This document shows, piece by piece, positions 45,241-55,706 of a DNA stretch of 64,000 bases. The stretch is from a candidate division WOR-3 bacterium (GTDB taxonomy: Bacteria; Hydrothermota; 32-111): the NCBI GenBank assembly GCA_037481815.1, contig JBBFKX010000001.1:192001-256000 (forward strand). The letters are read 5' to 3'. Under the pieces are notes generated by a model. It worked only from the letters and a program-made list of their open reading frames with translations. It did not search any database and was not told the origin of the DNA. Position 1 is the stretch's first letter. Every line of letters begins with the position of its first letter. Made by a program: the position numbers and the translations under genes.

Positions 45241-46562
45241 AATTTTTCGAGATTTTAATTTTTCTTTTTCTATTGAACTGGAATCTATTTTCAGAAACTT
45301 TTTCATACACAATCTTTAAGGGAAATAAGATCGTTGGATATTCCAACTTTGAAATAAATAACTCTCTGATAATAGAAAGGACTCTTTTTATAGATGGTTT
45401 TTCAAAAGAGTATAATCTTTCAAAAACGAGCATTAAAGAGAATACTTTTAAATGTTTTAAATACTATTCTGATATGGCTTTCCCTGAATTTATAGAGTAC
45501 AATAATGGAATTTTAAAAAAAACTTTTCATGATAAAATTTTAAAATATAAAATAAAACCCTATGATTTTTTCGGTATAGAAAATATTTTAACTGTTTCAT
45601 ATCTGGGAGGTATAAAAAAAGATAGTGTTTTCAATTTCAATAGAAACGAATTTTTGTCGGTAAAAAGGTATGGTAATAGATTTATTTTTGGTGTTGGAGA
45701 ATATTCTATTTTTAGTAAAGATGGAACGATTGATTCTCTGTATTATTTCAATTACAAATACATTAAAAATGAAACAACTGTTGATATAAAAAACCCTTAC
45801 CATATTGTTTTGAACAAAATTTTTAAACCTGAGAGTTTTTATAAAAAGAAAAACAGAAAATTTACAGAATTGAAACATACAAAGATTTTACTTTCCTACA
45901 ACGATAAGACAAATACCGTTGTTTTGATAACTCCGTTCACATTCACTTCTGATAAATTTGGTAACATCTCAAACACTATAATTCCTTTTACTCAACTCCA
46001 AATTTCAGAAAATCTGAATCTGCCAACTCTTATTTTTGAATTTAAAAATAAAGAACTTGATAGAGTTGAAATAGAAAAAGCTTTAAAAGAAATATACGAT
46101 TTTCTAAAAAAAGATTTCAAAAAAGTTTATCTATTATCTTTCAATCATATTTTTCTGTATTCGAACATAGAGAATTTTGATCGAATTATTCTTATTAATC
46201 CCCCACTCATAGATTTGAAAATTTGGGCTGAAGATTTTTATAAAAAAATTTCTTTTAAGAATAACTATTTGTTTAGAAGTTATGAAAAATTTTTGAAATA
46301 TGAAATGGTTGATACCACTCTGACCATTGATGAAATTGAATTACTTTATAAAAAAAGGAACGATTTAGTGTTTATTTTTTCAAAGGATATTTTAGCAAAA
46401 GAGGAAATCAATAAAACTTTTGATTTGAATGGAAAAGTGTTTTTTATAAAAAATGTTGACAGAAGGTTAAATTCATACTATAAATATGATCTGTGGTCAT
46501 ATGAGAATGAAATAATGATAGATAATAAAATTTTTGATTTTCTTAATGTTCTTTTAAAATAA
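45237..46562 (+). CDS. Exported hypothetical protein; C-terminal half resembles a degenerate alpha/beta hydrolase
   Basis: Signal peptide; LITPFTFTSDKFGN and KKVYLLSFNH...RIILINPP resemble hydrolase strands but lack GxSxG. Confidence 0.5.
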   Translation: MKFFEILIFLFLLNWNLFSETFSYTIFKGNKIVGYSNFEINNSLIIERTLFIDGFSKEYNLSKTSIKENTFKCFKYYSDMAFPEFIEYNNGILKKTFHDKILKYKIKPYDFFGIENILTVSYLGGIKKDSVFNFNRNEFLSVKRYGNRFIFGVGEYSIFSKDGTIDSLYYFNYKYIKNETTVDIKNPYHIVLNKIFKPESFYKKKNRKFTELKHTKILLSYNDKTNTVVLITPFTFTSDKFGNISNTIIPFTQLQISENLNLPTLIFEFKNKELDRVEIEKALKEIYDFLKKDFKKVYLLSFNHIFLYSNIENFDRIILINPPLIDLKIWAEDFYKKISFKNNYLFRSYEKFLKYEMVDTTLTIDEIELLYKKRNDLVFIFSKDILAKEEINKTFDLNGKVFFIKNVDRRLNSYYKYDLWSYENEIMIDNKIFDFLNVLLK

Positions 46563-46578
46563 AAAAAAGGAGTGATAT

Positions 46579-48150
46579 ATGATAACAAAACCTTTTGAAA
46601 ACACAAAGATTATTCTGTTCAAAACTCAGGAAGAACAGAAACTAATGAAAGATGCTATAAAAAAGGTAGAATCTGAGTTTGGAAAGGAATATCCAATAAT
46701 AATTGATGGAAAAGAGATCTTTAATCAGGATAAAATAAAGTCAACAAACCCATCAAAACCATCTGAAATAGTTGGTCTTGTGAGCAAAGCGACAAAACAA
46801 CAGGCAATCGAAGCCATAGAAAAAGCATACAAAAGTTTTTCATGGTGGTCCAGAGAGAGTCAGGCGAAAAGATCTGCGATACTTTTAAGAGCAGCCGAAA
46901 TAATGAGACAGAAAAAGATGGAACTTTCTGCAACTATGGTTGTTGAAATCGGCAAAAACTGGGTAGAAGCGGATGCTGATACATCTGAAGCTATAGATTT
47001 TCTTGAATATTATGCAAGAGAGGGACTCAGATACTCACAGGAAACTCCGCTTGTAAAAATAAATGGTGAGGATAATCATCAGGTCTATATACCTCTTGGA
47101 GTTGGTGTAGTTATCCCACCATGGAATTTCCCGCTTGCAATAACAACCGGTATGACAACAGCGGCCCTTGTAACAGGTAATACGGTTGTATTAAAACCTG
47201 CATCAGATACACCTGTTATCGCTTATAAACTTGTTGAAATTTTGAAAGAAGCAGGTCTTCCGGATGGTGTTTTGAACTTTGTTCCTGGAAGTGGTGGAGA
47301 GGTTGGCGATACTCTGGTAGATCATCCTTTGACAAGGTTTGTTTCCTTTACCGGTTCTATGGAGATTGGAATGAGAATCTATGAAAGGGCTTCAAAAGTC
47401 AATCCAGGACAAAAATGGTTAAAGAGGGTTGTTGCCGAAATGGGCGGAAAAGATTACATAATCGTTCAAGATGATGCTGATCTTGAAAGTGCTGCCAACG
47501 GAATAGTGCAGGGTGCATTTGGTTTTCAGGGACAAAAATGTTCTGCGTGCTCGAGAGCTATAATTCATGAAAAAGTGTATGACAAAATGGTGGAGTTGAT
47601 AAAAGAAAAAACTGAAAAAATAAAAGTGGTTGATACAAGAGAATTCCCGATTCCCGATGTTCATTATTACAATATGGGACCTGTTTCAAGTGCTTCTTCT
47701 AAAGCAAAAATAATGAGTTATATTGAAGAAGGCAAAAAAGATGGTAGATTGATCACAGGTGGAAAAGCCATAGATAACAACGGTGGATATTTTATTGAGC
47801 CAACAGTTTTTGCTGATATAAAACCACTTTCAAAACTTGAGCAGGAAGAAATTTTTGGACCAGTTCTTGCTATCATAAAATCAGAGTCGTTTGAAAGATC
47901 AATAGAAATTGCAAATGATACCATATATGGTTTAACTGGTGCAGTATATACGAAAGACCGCGCAAAGATTAAAAAAGCAACAGAAGAGTTACTCACAGGG
48001 AATCTTTACATCAACAGAGGTTGCACAGGCGCACTCGTTGGTGTTCATCCTTTTGGTGGTTTCAATCTTTCAGGGACCGATTCAAAAGCAGGTGGCCCAG
48101 ATTATCTTTTGCTCTTCTTACAGGCAAAAGTTTTTAGCGAAAAAGTTTAA
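46579..48150 (+). CDS. pruA: L-glutamate gamma-semialdehyde (P5C) dehydrogenase, RocA/PruA type
   Basis: EAIDFLEYYA, PPWNFP, FTGS, EMGGK, FQGQKCSAC, EEIFGP, GTDSKAGGPDYL. Confidence 0.94.
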   Translation: MITKPFENTKIILFKTQEEQKLMKDAIKKVESEFGKEYPIIIDGKEIFNQDKIKSTNPSKPSEIVGLVSKATKQQAIEAIEKAYKSFSWWSRESQAKRSAILLRAAEIMRQKKMELSATMVVEIGKNWVEADADTSEAIDFLEYYAREGLRYSQETPLVKINGEDNHQVYIPLGVGVVIPPWNFPLAITTGMTTAALVTGNTVVLKPASDTPVIAYKLVEILKEAGLPDGVLNFVPGSGGEVGDTLVDHPLTRFVSFTGSMEIGMRIYERASKVNPGQKWLKRVVAEMGGKDYIIVQDDADLESAANGIVQGAFGFQGQKCSACSRAIIHEKVYDKMVELIKEKTEKIKVVDTREFPIPDVHYYNMGPVSSASSKAKIMSYIEEGKKDGRLITGGKAIDNNGGYFIEPTVFADIKPLSKLEQEEIFGPVLAIIKSESFERSIEIANDTIYGLTGAVYTKDRAKIKKATEELLTGNLYINRGCTGALVGVHPFGGFNLSGTDSKAGGPDYLLLFLQAKVFSEKV

Positions 48151-48157
48151 AAAAAAT

Positions 48158-48182
48158 AAGAGGGGGAAAGTGCCCCCTCTTT
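48158..48182 (+). terminator. Hairpin after pruA
   Basis: AAGAGGGGG-AAAGTG-CCCCCTCTT. Confidence 0.65.
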
Positions 48183-48189
48183 CTCCAGG

Positions 48190-48217
48190 TTGACTAAAAT
48201 TCCCAATTAGATATAAT
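48190..48217 (+). promoter_or_regulatory. sigma70 promoter TTGACT-N16-TATAAT (near-leaderless transcript)
   Basis: 8 nt upstream of ATG 48226; no SD. Confidence 0.7.
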
Positions 48218-48225
48218 TTTGAAAT

Positions 48226-50052
48226 ATGTTTGGAATCTTGTTGTTTTTTTTGTTTTTTGTTTTAAATTTCAATCTATATTCGAATTCGTATGAATTTTCA
48301 AAAATTGTTGATATTGGTAATTCTTTAAAAAGTTTCAATAGTAAGATTTTTGCTACAGAAATTGGATTCTTCTATGATGATAACAATATAACTCCGGTAA
48401 AAATTTTTGATAGAAATGTGAAATCTGTTGCGAAAACTGATTCTTTGTTTTCAATTCTATATGAGGATAATTTTTTTGAAATCTTTAGGATGGATTCGTT
48501 ACCATCATTGATTTTTTCAGATTCGTTTGATTTCAAAGTTGAAAATTTTTTGATCTCAAAAGAATATTTACTTTTTAAAACAGGTGAGGTTTACTATCTT
48601 TATAAATTTAAAGATGATTCTCTGGTACGGATAAAACATTTCAATCTGAATTCAATCTATAAATTTTTTTCACTTAACAACAACCTTCTTTTTATAATTA
48701 ATAATGGTGAAATTATTAAATATGGAAAAGAGGAAGGCGATTCATTTCTATTGAAGAACAGTGTTTTTGTTAACAATTCAAAATTTCTTTTTTTTAACCG
48801 ATATTCAACGATAATTTCAAATTCTACTGATAAGTTTCTCTACTTTTTCGTGTTAAGAGATGATTCTTTAAAACTTTTATATGAGGTTCCAGATAACAGA
48901 ATCTATGAAAATGGATTTATCGTTGATTCTTTTTTGATTCTATCAAGTTCGGATTCTCTTTTTATAAGAACTGTGATCGACTCGTTTATAACATATTCTC
49001 TTGATTCTTTTGAATTTAAATATCCTGTAAAGGATATTGTATTCAAAAATGACACCTTTTTTATTAACACCGGTTATAAAATCATAAAATATCCTTTGAT
49101 TTCAAAATTATTTAAAGAAGGGGAAAATTTTTCCAGAACTTTTCAAGGATTTCTTAGAACGAACTACAAAAAAGGATTTTACTCTGATGACAGTTTTTAC
49201 ATTTTTGTTAAAGATTCAATTGTTGAAGCAAAAGGTAAAAGTAAAACTTTACTGAAAAAAGAAAATATACTTTTATGTTATGATCAAATAATAATTCCAG
49301 AAGAAGATTCTTTTAACTTTTTCCCAATGTATTCCTATGTTAACCTGATCAAATCAACTGTTGATGGTGTCTATTTTATAGATAACAGTTTTAGATTAAA
49401 AAAGATTAACCTCGTAAGTGATTCCATAGAAACACTTTTTGATATAGGTTTTAATTCTAACGATTTTGAACAACACGATTCAATTTTTTATTTTATTTCT
49501 GGGCAGAATGGAATCTTGAAACTTACTCAAAATGGACAATTTATTAGATCATATTTTGATGGTTCTTATTTTAGGAAAATTTTTTCTTTTAAAAATAGGT
49601 TGTTATCCATAAAAGATGATTATAAAATTTCAATAATAGATTCTCACAATCTTATTGTGAATGAAATTTTTTCTATACCGGGCTATGTAGACTTTTATAA
49701 TTACGATGATACATTATTAATTTTTTTAACAGAAGATTCTATAATCTTTTATAAGGATTATATCGAACATGTTTATCTTGAAGGTAAAAATCTAAAGAAT
49801 ATCAAAGATATAATATTTGATGGTCAGGGGTGTTATGTTCTTTTAAAGAATAGTGCGGTTCTATTTTTCAATAAAAAAATATCCCATCTAAAGGAAGATG
49901 ATCAAAAAGGAGAAGTTGATAATTTTACTTTTAAAAACGAAAATGTATGTTATGATATTTTGGGAAGAAAATTATCAAAAAATTTAAATTACAGAGGATT
50001 GTATTTTATAAAAAAAGAAAATAGAGTTAAAAAAGTTTTAAAAATTAAGTGA
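48226..50052 (+). CDS. Secreted beta-rich (propeller-like) protein with T9SS-like CTD
   Basis: Signal peptide, repeated short beta strands, tail YDILGRKL...RGLYFIK...KKVLKIK. Confidence 0.65.
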   Translation: MFGILLFFLFFVLNFNLYSNSYEFSKIVDIGNSLKSFNSKIFATEIGFFYDDNNITPVKIFDRNVKSVAKTDSLFSILYEDNFFEIFRMDSLPSLIFSDSFDFKVENFLISKEYLLFKTGEVYYLYKFKDDSLVRIKHFNLNSIYKFFSLNNNLLFIINNGEIIKYGKEEGDSFLLKNSVFVNNSKFLFFNRYSTIISNSTDKFLYFFVLRDDSLKLLYEVPDNRIYENGFIVDSFLILSSSDSLFIRTVIDSFITYSLDSFEFKYPVKDIVFKNDTFFINTGYKIIKYPLISKLFKEGENFSRTFQGFLRTNYKKGFYSDDSFYIFVKDSIVEAKGKSKTLLKKENILLCYDQIIIPEEDSFNFFPMYSYVNLIKSTVDGVYFIDNSFRLKKINLVSDSIETLFDIGFNSNDFEQHDSIFYFISGQNGILKLTQNGQFIRSYFDGSYFRKIFSFKNRLLSIKDDYKISIIDSHNLIVNEIFSIPGYVDFYNYDDTLLIFLTEDSIIFYKDYIEHVYLEGKNLKNIKDIIFDGQGCYVLLKNSAVLFFNKKISHLKEDDQKGEVDNFTFKNENVCYDILGRKLSKNLNYRGLYFIKKENRVKKVLKIK

Positions 50053-50059
50053 GGTTTGT

Positions 50060-51064
50060 ATGATAGAAAAATTCATTGAAGAATTGGTATCGATAGATTC
50101 CCCATCAGGTTTTACAGGAGAAATAGTTAAACATATTGAGAAAAGAGTTTCAAATTCTGGTTATAAAACTTTGATAACGAATAAAGGTGCTTTGAAAGTT
50201 TACACGGGGGATAAACCTCTGTATGCGATAACAGCGCATATAGATACACTTGGTGGAATGGTGAAAGAAATAAATTCGGATGGAACTTTAAAGATAACTC
50301 AGATTGGTGGTTTCCCAAACAATTCATTTGAAGGATCTTATTGTAAAATAAGAAATTCAGAAGGTGATATATTCACAGGTACCTATCTTATTAAAAACCC
50401 TTCAACACATGTTAACAGAGATGTTTCAAAAAGTGAAAGAACAACAGAAAATATGATCATAAGATTGGATGAAGAGGTTAAAAGTAGAGAAGATATATTG
50501 AAATTAAAAATAAATGTTGGTGATTTTGTTTTTTTTGATCCCAGATTTGAATTTACAAAATCTGGTTTTGTTAAAACAAGATTTCTTGATGATAAAGCAT
50601 GTGCTGGAATACTTCTCGATTTGTTGATCAACGAAAGTGAAAAACTCAAAAATAAGCCTTTTTTATTCTATTTTTCAATTTATGAGGAAGTTGGGCATGG
50701 AGGAGCAACTGGATTTGACCCATCTATAAAAGAACTGATAGTAGCAGATATGGGAACAGTTGGTGAAGGAGTTGAAGGTGATGAATATTCAGTTTCGATC
50801 TGTGCGAAAGATTCAACCGGCCCTTACGATTATGATTTAAAAAATGAACTTGTCACACTTTGTAAAACTAACGGTATCCCTTACAAAGTTGATGTTTTCC
50901 CTTACTATGGTTCAGATGGGTCAGTAGCACTAAGAGCGGGTTACGATTTTAAAGTTGGATTAATTGGCCCAGGAGTTTCAGCTTCCCATGGAGTCGAAAG
51001 AACACATTTGAAAGCTTTGAAAGCAACAAAAGAATTACTTTTAAAATATATTGAGAAAAGATGA
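50060..51064 (+). CDS. M42 family metallo-aminopeptidase
   Basis: SPSGFT, AHIDTLG, RFLDDKA, YEEVGHG, YGSD, SHGVER. Confidence 0.92.
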   Translation: MIEKFIEELVSIDSPSGFTGEIVKHIEKRVSNSGYKTLITNKGALKVYTGDKPLYAITAHIDTLGGMVKEINSDGTLKITQIGGFPNNSFEGSYCKIRNSEGDIFTGTYLIKNPSTHVNRDVSKSERTTENMIIRLDEEVKSREDILKLKINVGDFVFFDPRFEFTKSGFVKTRFLDDKACAGILLDLLINESEKLKNKPFLFYFSIYEEVGHGGATGFDPSIKELIVADMGTVGEGVEGDEYSVSICAKDSTGPYDYDLKNELVTLCKTNGIPYKVDVFPYYGSDGSVALRAGYDFKVGLIGPGVSASHGVERTHLKALKATKELLLKYIEKR

Positions 51065-51525
51065 AGAACTTTTTGCTACTTTTTTTCATAATCTTATTTT
51101 TATTTATGATCGAAATCTTTCTCTGGATTAAAAATTTTTTCTTAGTGATTCTATCTTTTTTTATAGTTATTTTTTTAACTTTTTTGTATCTATCAAGAAT
51201 GACAGAGGACTTAAAAACTTTTAAGAAACTTGTGAGTTTGTTTTTTAAAAATATTGACACAATTTTTTTGATCGTTTTAAAAAATTTTTACTTTTTTACT
51301 TACCTTATATTAAAAAGAAATACTGAAGATGATATTATTGAAAAAAAAATAAATCTTGAAAAAAATGATCAAATTTTTAATCATTTTCTAAAATTGATTT
51401 TTTTTATGGATATAACGATTTTGAATCTATATTTTACTGAAAAATCGTTAAACATAAAAATAAAAAGAGATTTTGATTCTGAAATTTATCAAACGAGATA
51501 TTATAGAATGTTAAGAAAATTATGA
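51061..51525 (+). CDS. Divergent MnhE/MbxA-like membrane subunit
   Basis: N-terminal TMs, size and first position in the Mbx-like operon; motifs eroded. Confidence 0.4.
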   Translation: MKNFLLLFFIILFLFMIEIFLWIKNFFLVILSFFIVIFLTFLYLSRMTEDLKTFKKLVSLFFKNIDTIFLIVLKNFYFFTYLILKRNTEDDIIEKKINLEKNDQIFNHFLKLIFFMDITILNLYFTEKSLNIKIKRDFDSEIYQTRYYRMLRKL

Positions 51526-51770
51526 CACAATATTTTTACTTTTTTATTGTTTTCGTTTTTTCTATCAATTTTATAATTTTAATTTTAAAAAATAAAAAGA
51601 TTGATAAAGTTTTTGCTTTTATGAATATAGCAAATACTTTCATTCTCACAATATTTCTTTTTTCTGATTTCCAAAAATTTTCTATACTTAAACTGTTTTT
51701 TTCTTTAATCTTCATTTTGCAGTCTGGAGTTATAATAAAAAATCTAATCGATAACTTTAAAGAGGTTTAA
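51522..51770 (+). CDS. Divergent MnhF/MbxB-like 3-TM subunit
   Basis: 82 aa, IDKVFAFMNI resembles the MnhF DRvvAlD motif; operon position. Confidence 0.45.
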   Translation: MTQYFYFFIVFVFSINFIILILKNKKIDKVFAFMNIANTFILTIFLFSDFQKFSILKLFFSLIFILQSGVIIKNLIDNFKEV

Positions 51771-52016
51771 ATGTTTTTTCTATGGACAGTTTTCATTTTT
51801 GTTCAAACAATAATAGTCGCAAAGAAAAATGATCCCTATAAAAAAAGGATTTTTGTTTATATGAATATTCTCTTTTCAATTTTCTTACTTTTGTTTGCTT
51901 TTATAAACGCTTTGAAAGGTTTTATTTTTATTGGGATTTTATTGATATTTGTATTTCTGTTTAATCTTTTTATTGTTTTGTATGTTCAATATTTTAGTTT
52001 TTTGGTTTCAGATTGA
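51771..52016 (+). CDS. Divergent MnhG/MbxC-like 3-TM subunit
   Basis: DPYKKR resembles the MnhG D.Y.R motif; operon position. Confidence 0.4.
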   Translation: MFFLWTVFIFVQTIIVAKKNDPYKKRIFVYMNILFSIFLLLFAFINALKGFIFIGILLIFVFLFNLFIVLYVQYFSFLVSD

Positions 52017-52264
52017 GGGTAATAATGTTGGATAACAGTTTGATAATACCTGTTTTGATCTTTTTTGCTATACTCGGAAATCTTATTATGTTGTACAATA
52101 AAAAAGGATATGTTTTTTCTTTTATAGTTCTTTTAAACATTTATGCACTGGTAATCTTTTTTTTAGATAATGATTTTATATCAATATTGTTCGTTTTCTT
52201 TAACTCTTTCATTACTTCGAATCTGATGATGAAATTTATAAATGAAATAAATACAAAAAAATGA
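52013..52264 (+). CDS. Small 3-TM subunit (MbxD-like)
   Basis: Hydrophobic 83-aa ORF; operon position only. Confidence 0.35.
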   Translation: MRVIMLDNSLIIPVLIFFAILGNLIMLYNKKGYVFSFIVLLNIYALVIFFLDNDFISILFVFFNSFITSNLMMKFINEINTKK

Positions 52265-52271
52265 AGTTAAT

Positions 52272-52568
52272 ATGTCAGAGTTTATTTTCATAGAGATTGT
52301 GTTACTGATTATTTTAAATTTGCTAATTTTTATACAAACTGACTCAATAGTCAAAACTTTTGTTTCGTTATTCCAGATGTTTCCTATCCTGTTGATTTTA
52401 ACAATGACAAAAATAATAATCAGTAATACTATACTTGCCACAGTTTATCTTTCAACATTTATAATCTTGAATTTATTGTTGGTTATCATGATTCTTTTTT
52501 TCATAAAAAAAAGTTTAATGATAAAAAAAACCGATAGAAATTTCAGGCCTGATGATTATGATGAATGA
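52272..52568 (+). CDS. Divergent MnhC/MbxG (NuoK-like) subunit
   Basis: 3 TM helices, 98 aa, directly before the antiporter-like subunits. Confidence 0.4.
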   Translation: MSEFIFIEIVLLIILNLLIFIQTDSIVKTFVSLFQMFPILLILTMTKIIISNTILATVYLSTFIILNLLLVIMILFFIKKSLMIKKTDRNFRPDDYDE

Positions 52569-53991
52569 AATTTTATTTTTATTTCTTGTAATGTTTACTT
52601 TTTATTCAATGGACCATTTCAAATTAAAATCTATTAATACACAACTTAACCTCTTGGTTAGTGTATACATCTTATATAAACTTTTGATAGTTTTTTATTC
52701 AAAAAATGAATTTTATGTTTTTAATATTTTACCTTTTTTGACTTTTCATTTTGATTCTCATCGTTCAATAAAAGTACTGGAGTTACTGGTTATATTTTTT
52801 TACTTCATCTTTTTGTTATTGGATAAAGAGAAGGAAGATATTTTTAGAGATAAAAACTACAATATGGTTTTATATTTTTTAGCCGTTCCGATTTCAACAT
52901 TTGCATATAGAACTTCGGATATATTTATTTATTATATTTTTTGTTTTTTAATATTTTTATGTTTAATTTTTACTTATAAAAACAAAAAATTGAGTTTTAT
53001 CACAATAAATGTTAAGGTTTCATTTATCATATATTTTGCTTTCCTAATATCTTATTTTGTATCTGTAAAATTTCTTGAAAATTATAATACAACCAACATT
53101 TTGGAAATTTCAAAAAATACAGGTTTTCAAACTTTAAATGGTTTACTTTTTTATTTACTATTTTTTACTCCTTTACTTTTTTCTTTCATTTTTCCTTTAA
53201 ACATATTTTTATCTGATTTCATATCTACAATGAACACGAAACAGATATCATTGTTCGTGTTATTTTTAACTATTCCTTCTCTTGTATTTATAAACAAACT
53301 TCTTTTGGTAACACCAGTAAAAATAATCAATTCACTTTTTATAATATCACTCTTTTCATACCTGATAAACATAATTCTTCTAATATCTCCTAAAGTAAAA
53401 TATTTTAAAACTTTTTTATTGTTTACGATTTCAAACGAGACCATCCTTCTTATTCTTTTTGAGCATAGATTTAACACTTTTATGTATACGGGATTTTTGT
53501 TTTTTTATGTAGGGCTATTCTTTGCTTTTCTATATTCACTTTCCAAGTTTGATTTTGAAAACGATGATGATCTTAAAAACTCATTTATAAAACAACCAAC
53601 AAATTCTTTAATTTTTTTCATAACAAGTTTTTCTTTCACTTCTTTACCTTTTTCATTGCTCTTTTTGTATCAATACAAATTCCTTCTTATTCTTTACAGA
53701 TTTGAAAAATTTCTTTTTTGGGTGTATCTTATCGCTCTGATATTAAAATCCTATGCTCTCTTAAGGTTCGATCTAAAAATGTTGTTGGTTGAAAGAAGAA
53801 GTAAAAGTCATTTGATAAATCTGATAAAAAACTTTAACAGGATTGATTTTGCTGTCTTAATAACGATTGCAATTCTTGCAATTTTCTTTTATCATAATTT
53901 TGTTAACAGGAAAGAAGAGAATTTTGGTGAATATAGAAAACTTATTTATAAAGTTTCAAGCATGGAAAGCAAAAATATAAATGAAAAATGA
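52561..53991 (+). CDS. Degenerate MrpD/MbxH-like antiporter subunit
   Basis: About 14 TM helices; SDIFIYYIF, FPLNIFLSD and SFTSLPFS match MrpD positions, but the conserved Glu/Lys are absent. Confidence 0.55.
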   Translation: MNEILFLFLVMFTFYSMDHFKLKSINTQLNLLVSVYILYKLLIVFYSKNEFYVFNILPFLTFHFDSHRSIKVLELLVIFFYFIFLLLDKEKEDIFRDKNYNMVLYFLAVPISTFAYRTSDIFIYYIFCFLIFLCLIFTYKNKKLSFITINVKVSFIIYFAFLISYFVSVKFLENYNTTNILEISKNTGFQTLNGLLFYLLFFTPLLFSFIFPLNIFLSDFISTMNTKQISLFVLFLTIPSLVFINKLLLVTPVKIINSLFIISLFSYLINIILLISPKVKYFKTFLLFTISNETILLILFEHRFNTFMYTGFLFFYVGLFFAFLYSLSKFDFENDDDLKNSFIKQPTNSLIFFITSFSFTSLPFSLLFLYQYKFLLILYRFEKFLFWVYLIALILKSYALLRFDLKMLLVERRSKSHLINLIKNFNRIDFAVLITIAILAIFFYHNFVNRKEENFGEYRKLIYKVSSMESKNINEK

Positions 53992-55706
53992 ATAGTGTAT
54001 ATTTTTATTCATCCATAATCTCCATAATAAGTGTTTACATCTTAGGAAATCTTAATAAAGTTTTAAGGAATGTTTTTGTATCCGTTTTCTTTGTTTTTTC
54101 TTTTCTTTATTTTTATTCGATCGATTCTACAAAATTAACCATCAATTTTTTTGGGTTTGAATCGCTGAACCTGAATTTTTCAAAAACTGACCTCTCATAT
54201 TCTTTTTTAATTCTTAATCATATTCTATTCTTCTTTTTTCTATTGAGGGAGATCTTTCGTGCTCCGCGTGAAAGTGAAAACAGTTATTTTATGAATATCT
54301 GTTTTATTTTTGCTTTGCTGAATCTTATTTTTGTTTCGAATGATTTTATAACCCTATATATATTTTTTGAAATTTTATTCTTTATTATGGTTATAACTTT
54401 AACGATAAATCTCAACGACTATAAAAGTAGTGAAAACATCCTTCTTATTAATCTTTTTGGTTCACTTTTATTGCTCTCGGTTATAGTTGTGATAACATCA
54501 AGTAAAACTTTTTTAAACTGTCCATCTTTTTTTTATATTGTGTTATATATTTCTGTGGCACTCAGGACTCTTGTTTTACCTTTAAGTACCTTTTTTAAAA
54601 AAGAGTTGATGAAGTCAGATTTTAACTTTATGGGTATTTTTACCATGTCAATTTTTCTATCTGGATTTTTTATAATGAGTTTCCTTTACAATAGTTTTTT
54701 AATCAATCAACATTTTTTGCCAGATCTTTCCAAATTTTTTATTTATCTTTTCTTCCTAATAACTTTGTTCATATTTTCCATCGAATCTTTGATTTCAAAT
54801 GATTTAAAATTGTCGATTTTTAATTTTTCAGGAGCAATATTTGTAACAAATCTTTTGATATTTCTTTACTATTCCAATTTTTCTTTTGGATATTTGATAA
54901 ATGTAATTTTTTACTTTATTCCTTTAACTTTTATTTTTATTTTTTTTGATTATATTGAGGATAAATTTAAAACATCAAATTTCAATTTTTTGTTTAACCT
55001 TTTTTATCTGAAACCAATATCATCATTTATAATAATATTATCATTTCTATCGCTTTCATTTCTCTATCCTACTGTTGGTTTTTTCCTTTTTAAAGAACCT
55101 CTTTTTACCTTATCATACAATTCTTTTCCTATATTTTTTGTTTTTCTTATCTATTTTCTTTTTTATCTTACTTTCATTCTGAAATTGTTTTATATTCTTT
55201 TTATTCAAAAAAGTAATATTTCTGAAACCAAAACAATAAAAGATTCTGAATTCTTGATTTCAGTTTTAACAATACCATTTTTAGTGCCAATCTTATTCTT
55301 CGGTATTTTAAAATATATTATTGGTTTTAGTTCTTATATTTCTTATCTAATGATCGTGATTTTAAGTGCAATAATCTTTTTGATTCTCTTGAAAATGAAG
55401 GAGAATGGATTTAACTTGGCAATATTTACAACAGAAAACAGTAAAGAATATTTTTACATTCAAGGCAGAAAAAGTTCGATGATAGGGGATCTATTGAATT
55501 TTGATTTAACCACAAATCAAAAAAATTTGCAAAAATTTTTGGAACAAACCGATTTGAATAGAATATTTCATTCCATAAAAATATTTTTAGAAGATTTTAG
55601 TTTAACTATTTTAAAATTATATCAGAGAAGTTTTTCTGCAACGATATTCATTCTTTTGATTTTTTTTATTTTTCTGTTTATAATTCTGTATAGAGGTAAC
55701 ATATGA
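53988..55706 (+). CDS. Divergent MrpD/MrpA (MbxH'/NuoL-like) antiporter subunit
   Basis: NDFITLYIFFE (TM5 Glu kept), LRTLVLPL, SLSFLYPTVGFFLFKE. Confidence 0.65.
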   Translation: MNSVYFYSSIISIISVYILGNLNKVLRNVFVSVFFVFSFLYFYSIDSTKLTINFFGFESLNLNFSKTDLSYSFLILNHILFFFFLLREIFRAPRESENSYFMNICFIFALLNLIFVSNDFITLYIFFEILFFIMVITLTINLNDYKSSENILLINLFGSLLLLSVIVVITSSKTFLNCPSFFYIVLYISVALRTLVLPLSTFFKKELMKSDFNFMGIFTMSIFLSGFFIMSFLYNSFLINQHFLPDLSKFFIYLFFLITLFIFSIESLISNDLKLSIFNFSGAIFVTNLLIFLYYSNFSFGYLINVIFYFIPLTFIFIFFDYIEDKFKTSNFNFLFNLFYLKPISSFIIILSFLSLSFLYPTVGFFLFKEPLFTLSYNSFPIFFVFLIYFLFYLTFILKLFYILFIQKSNISETKTIKDSEFLISVLTIPFLVPILFFGILKYIIGFSSYISYLMIVILSAIIFLILLKMKENGFNLAIFTTENSKEYFYIQGRKSSMIGDLLNFDLTTNQKNLQKFLEQTDLNRIFHSIKIFLEDFSLTILKLYQRSFSATIFILLIFFIFLFIILYRGNI

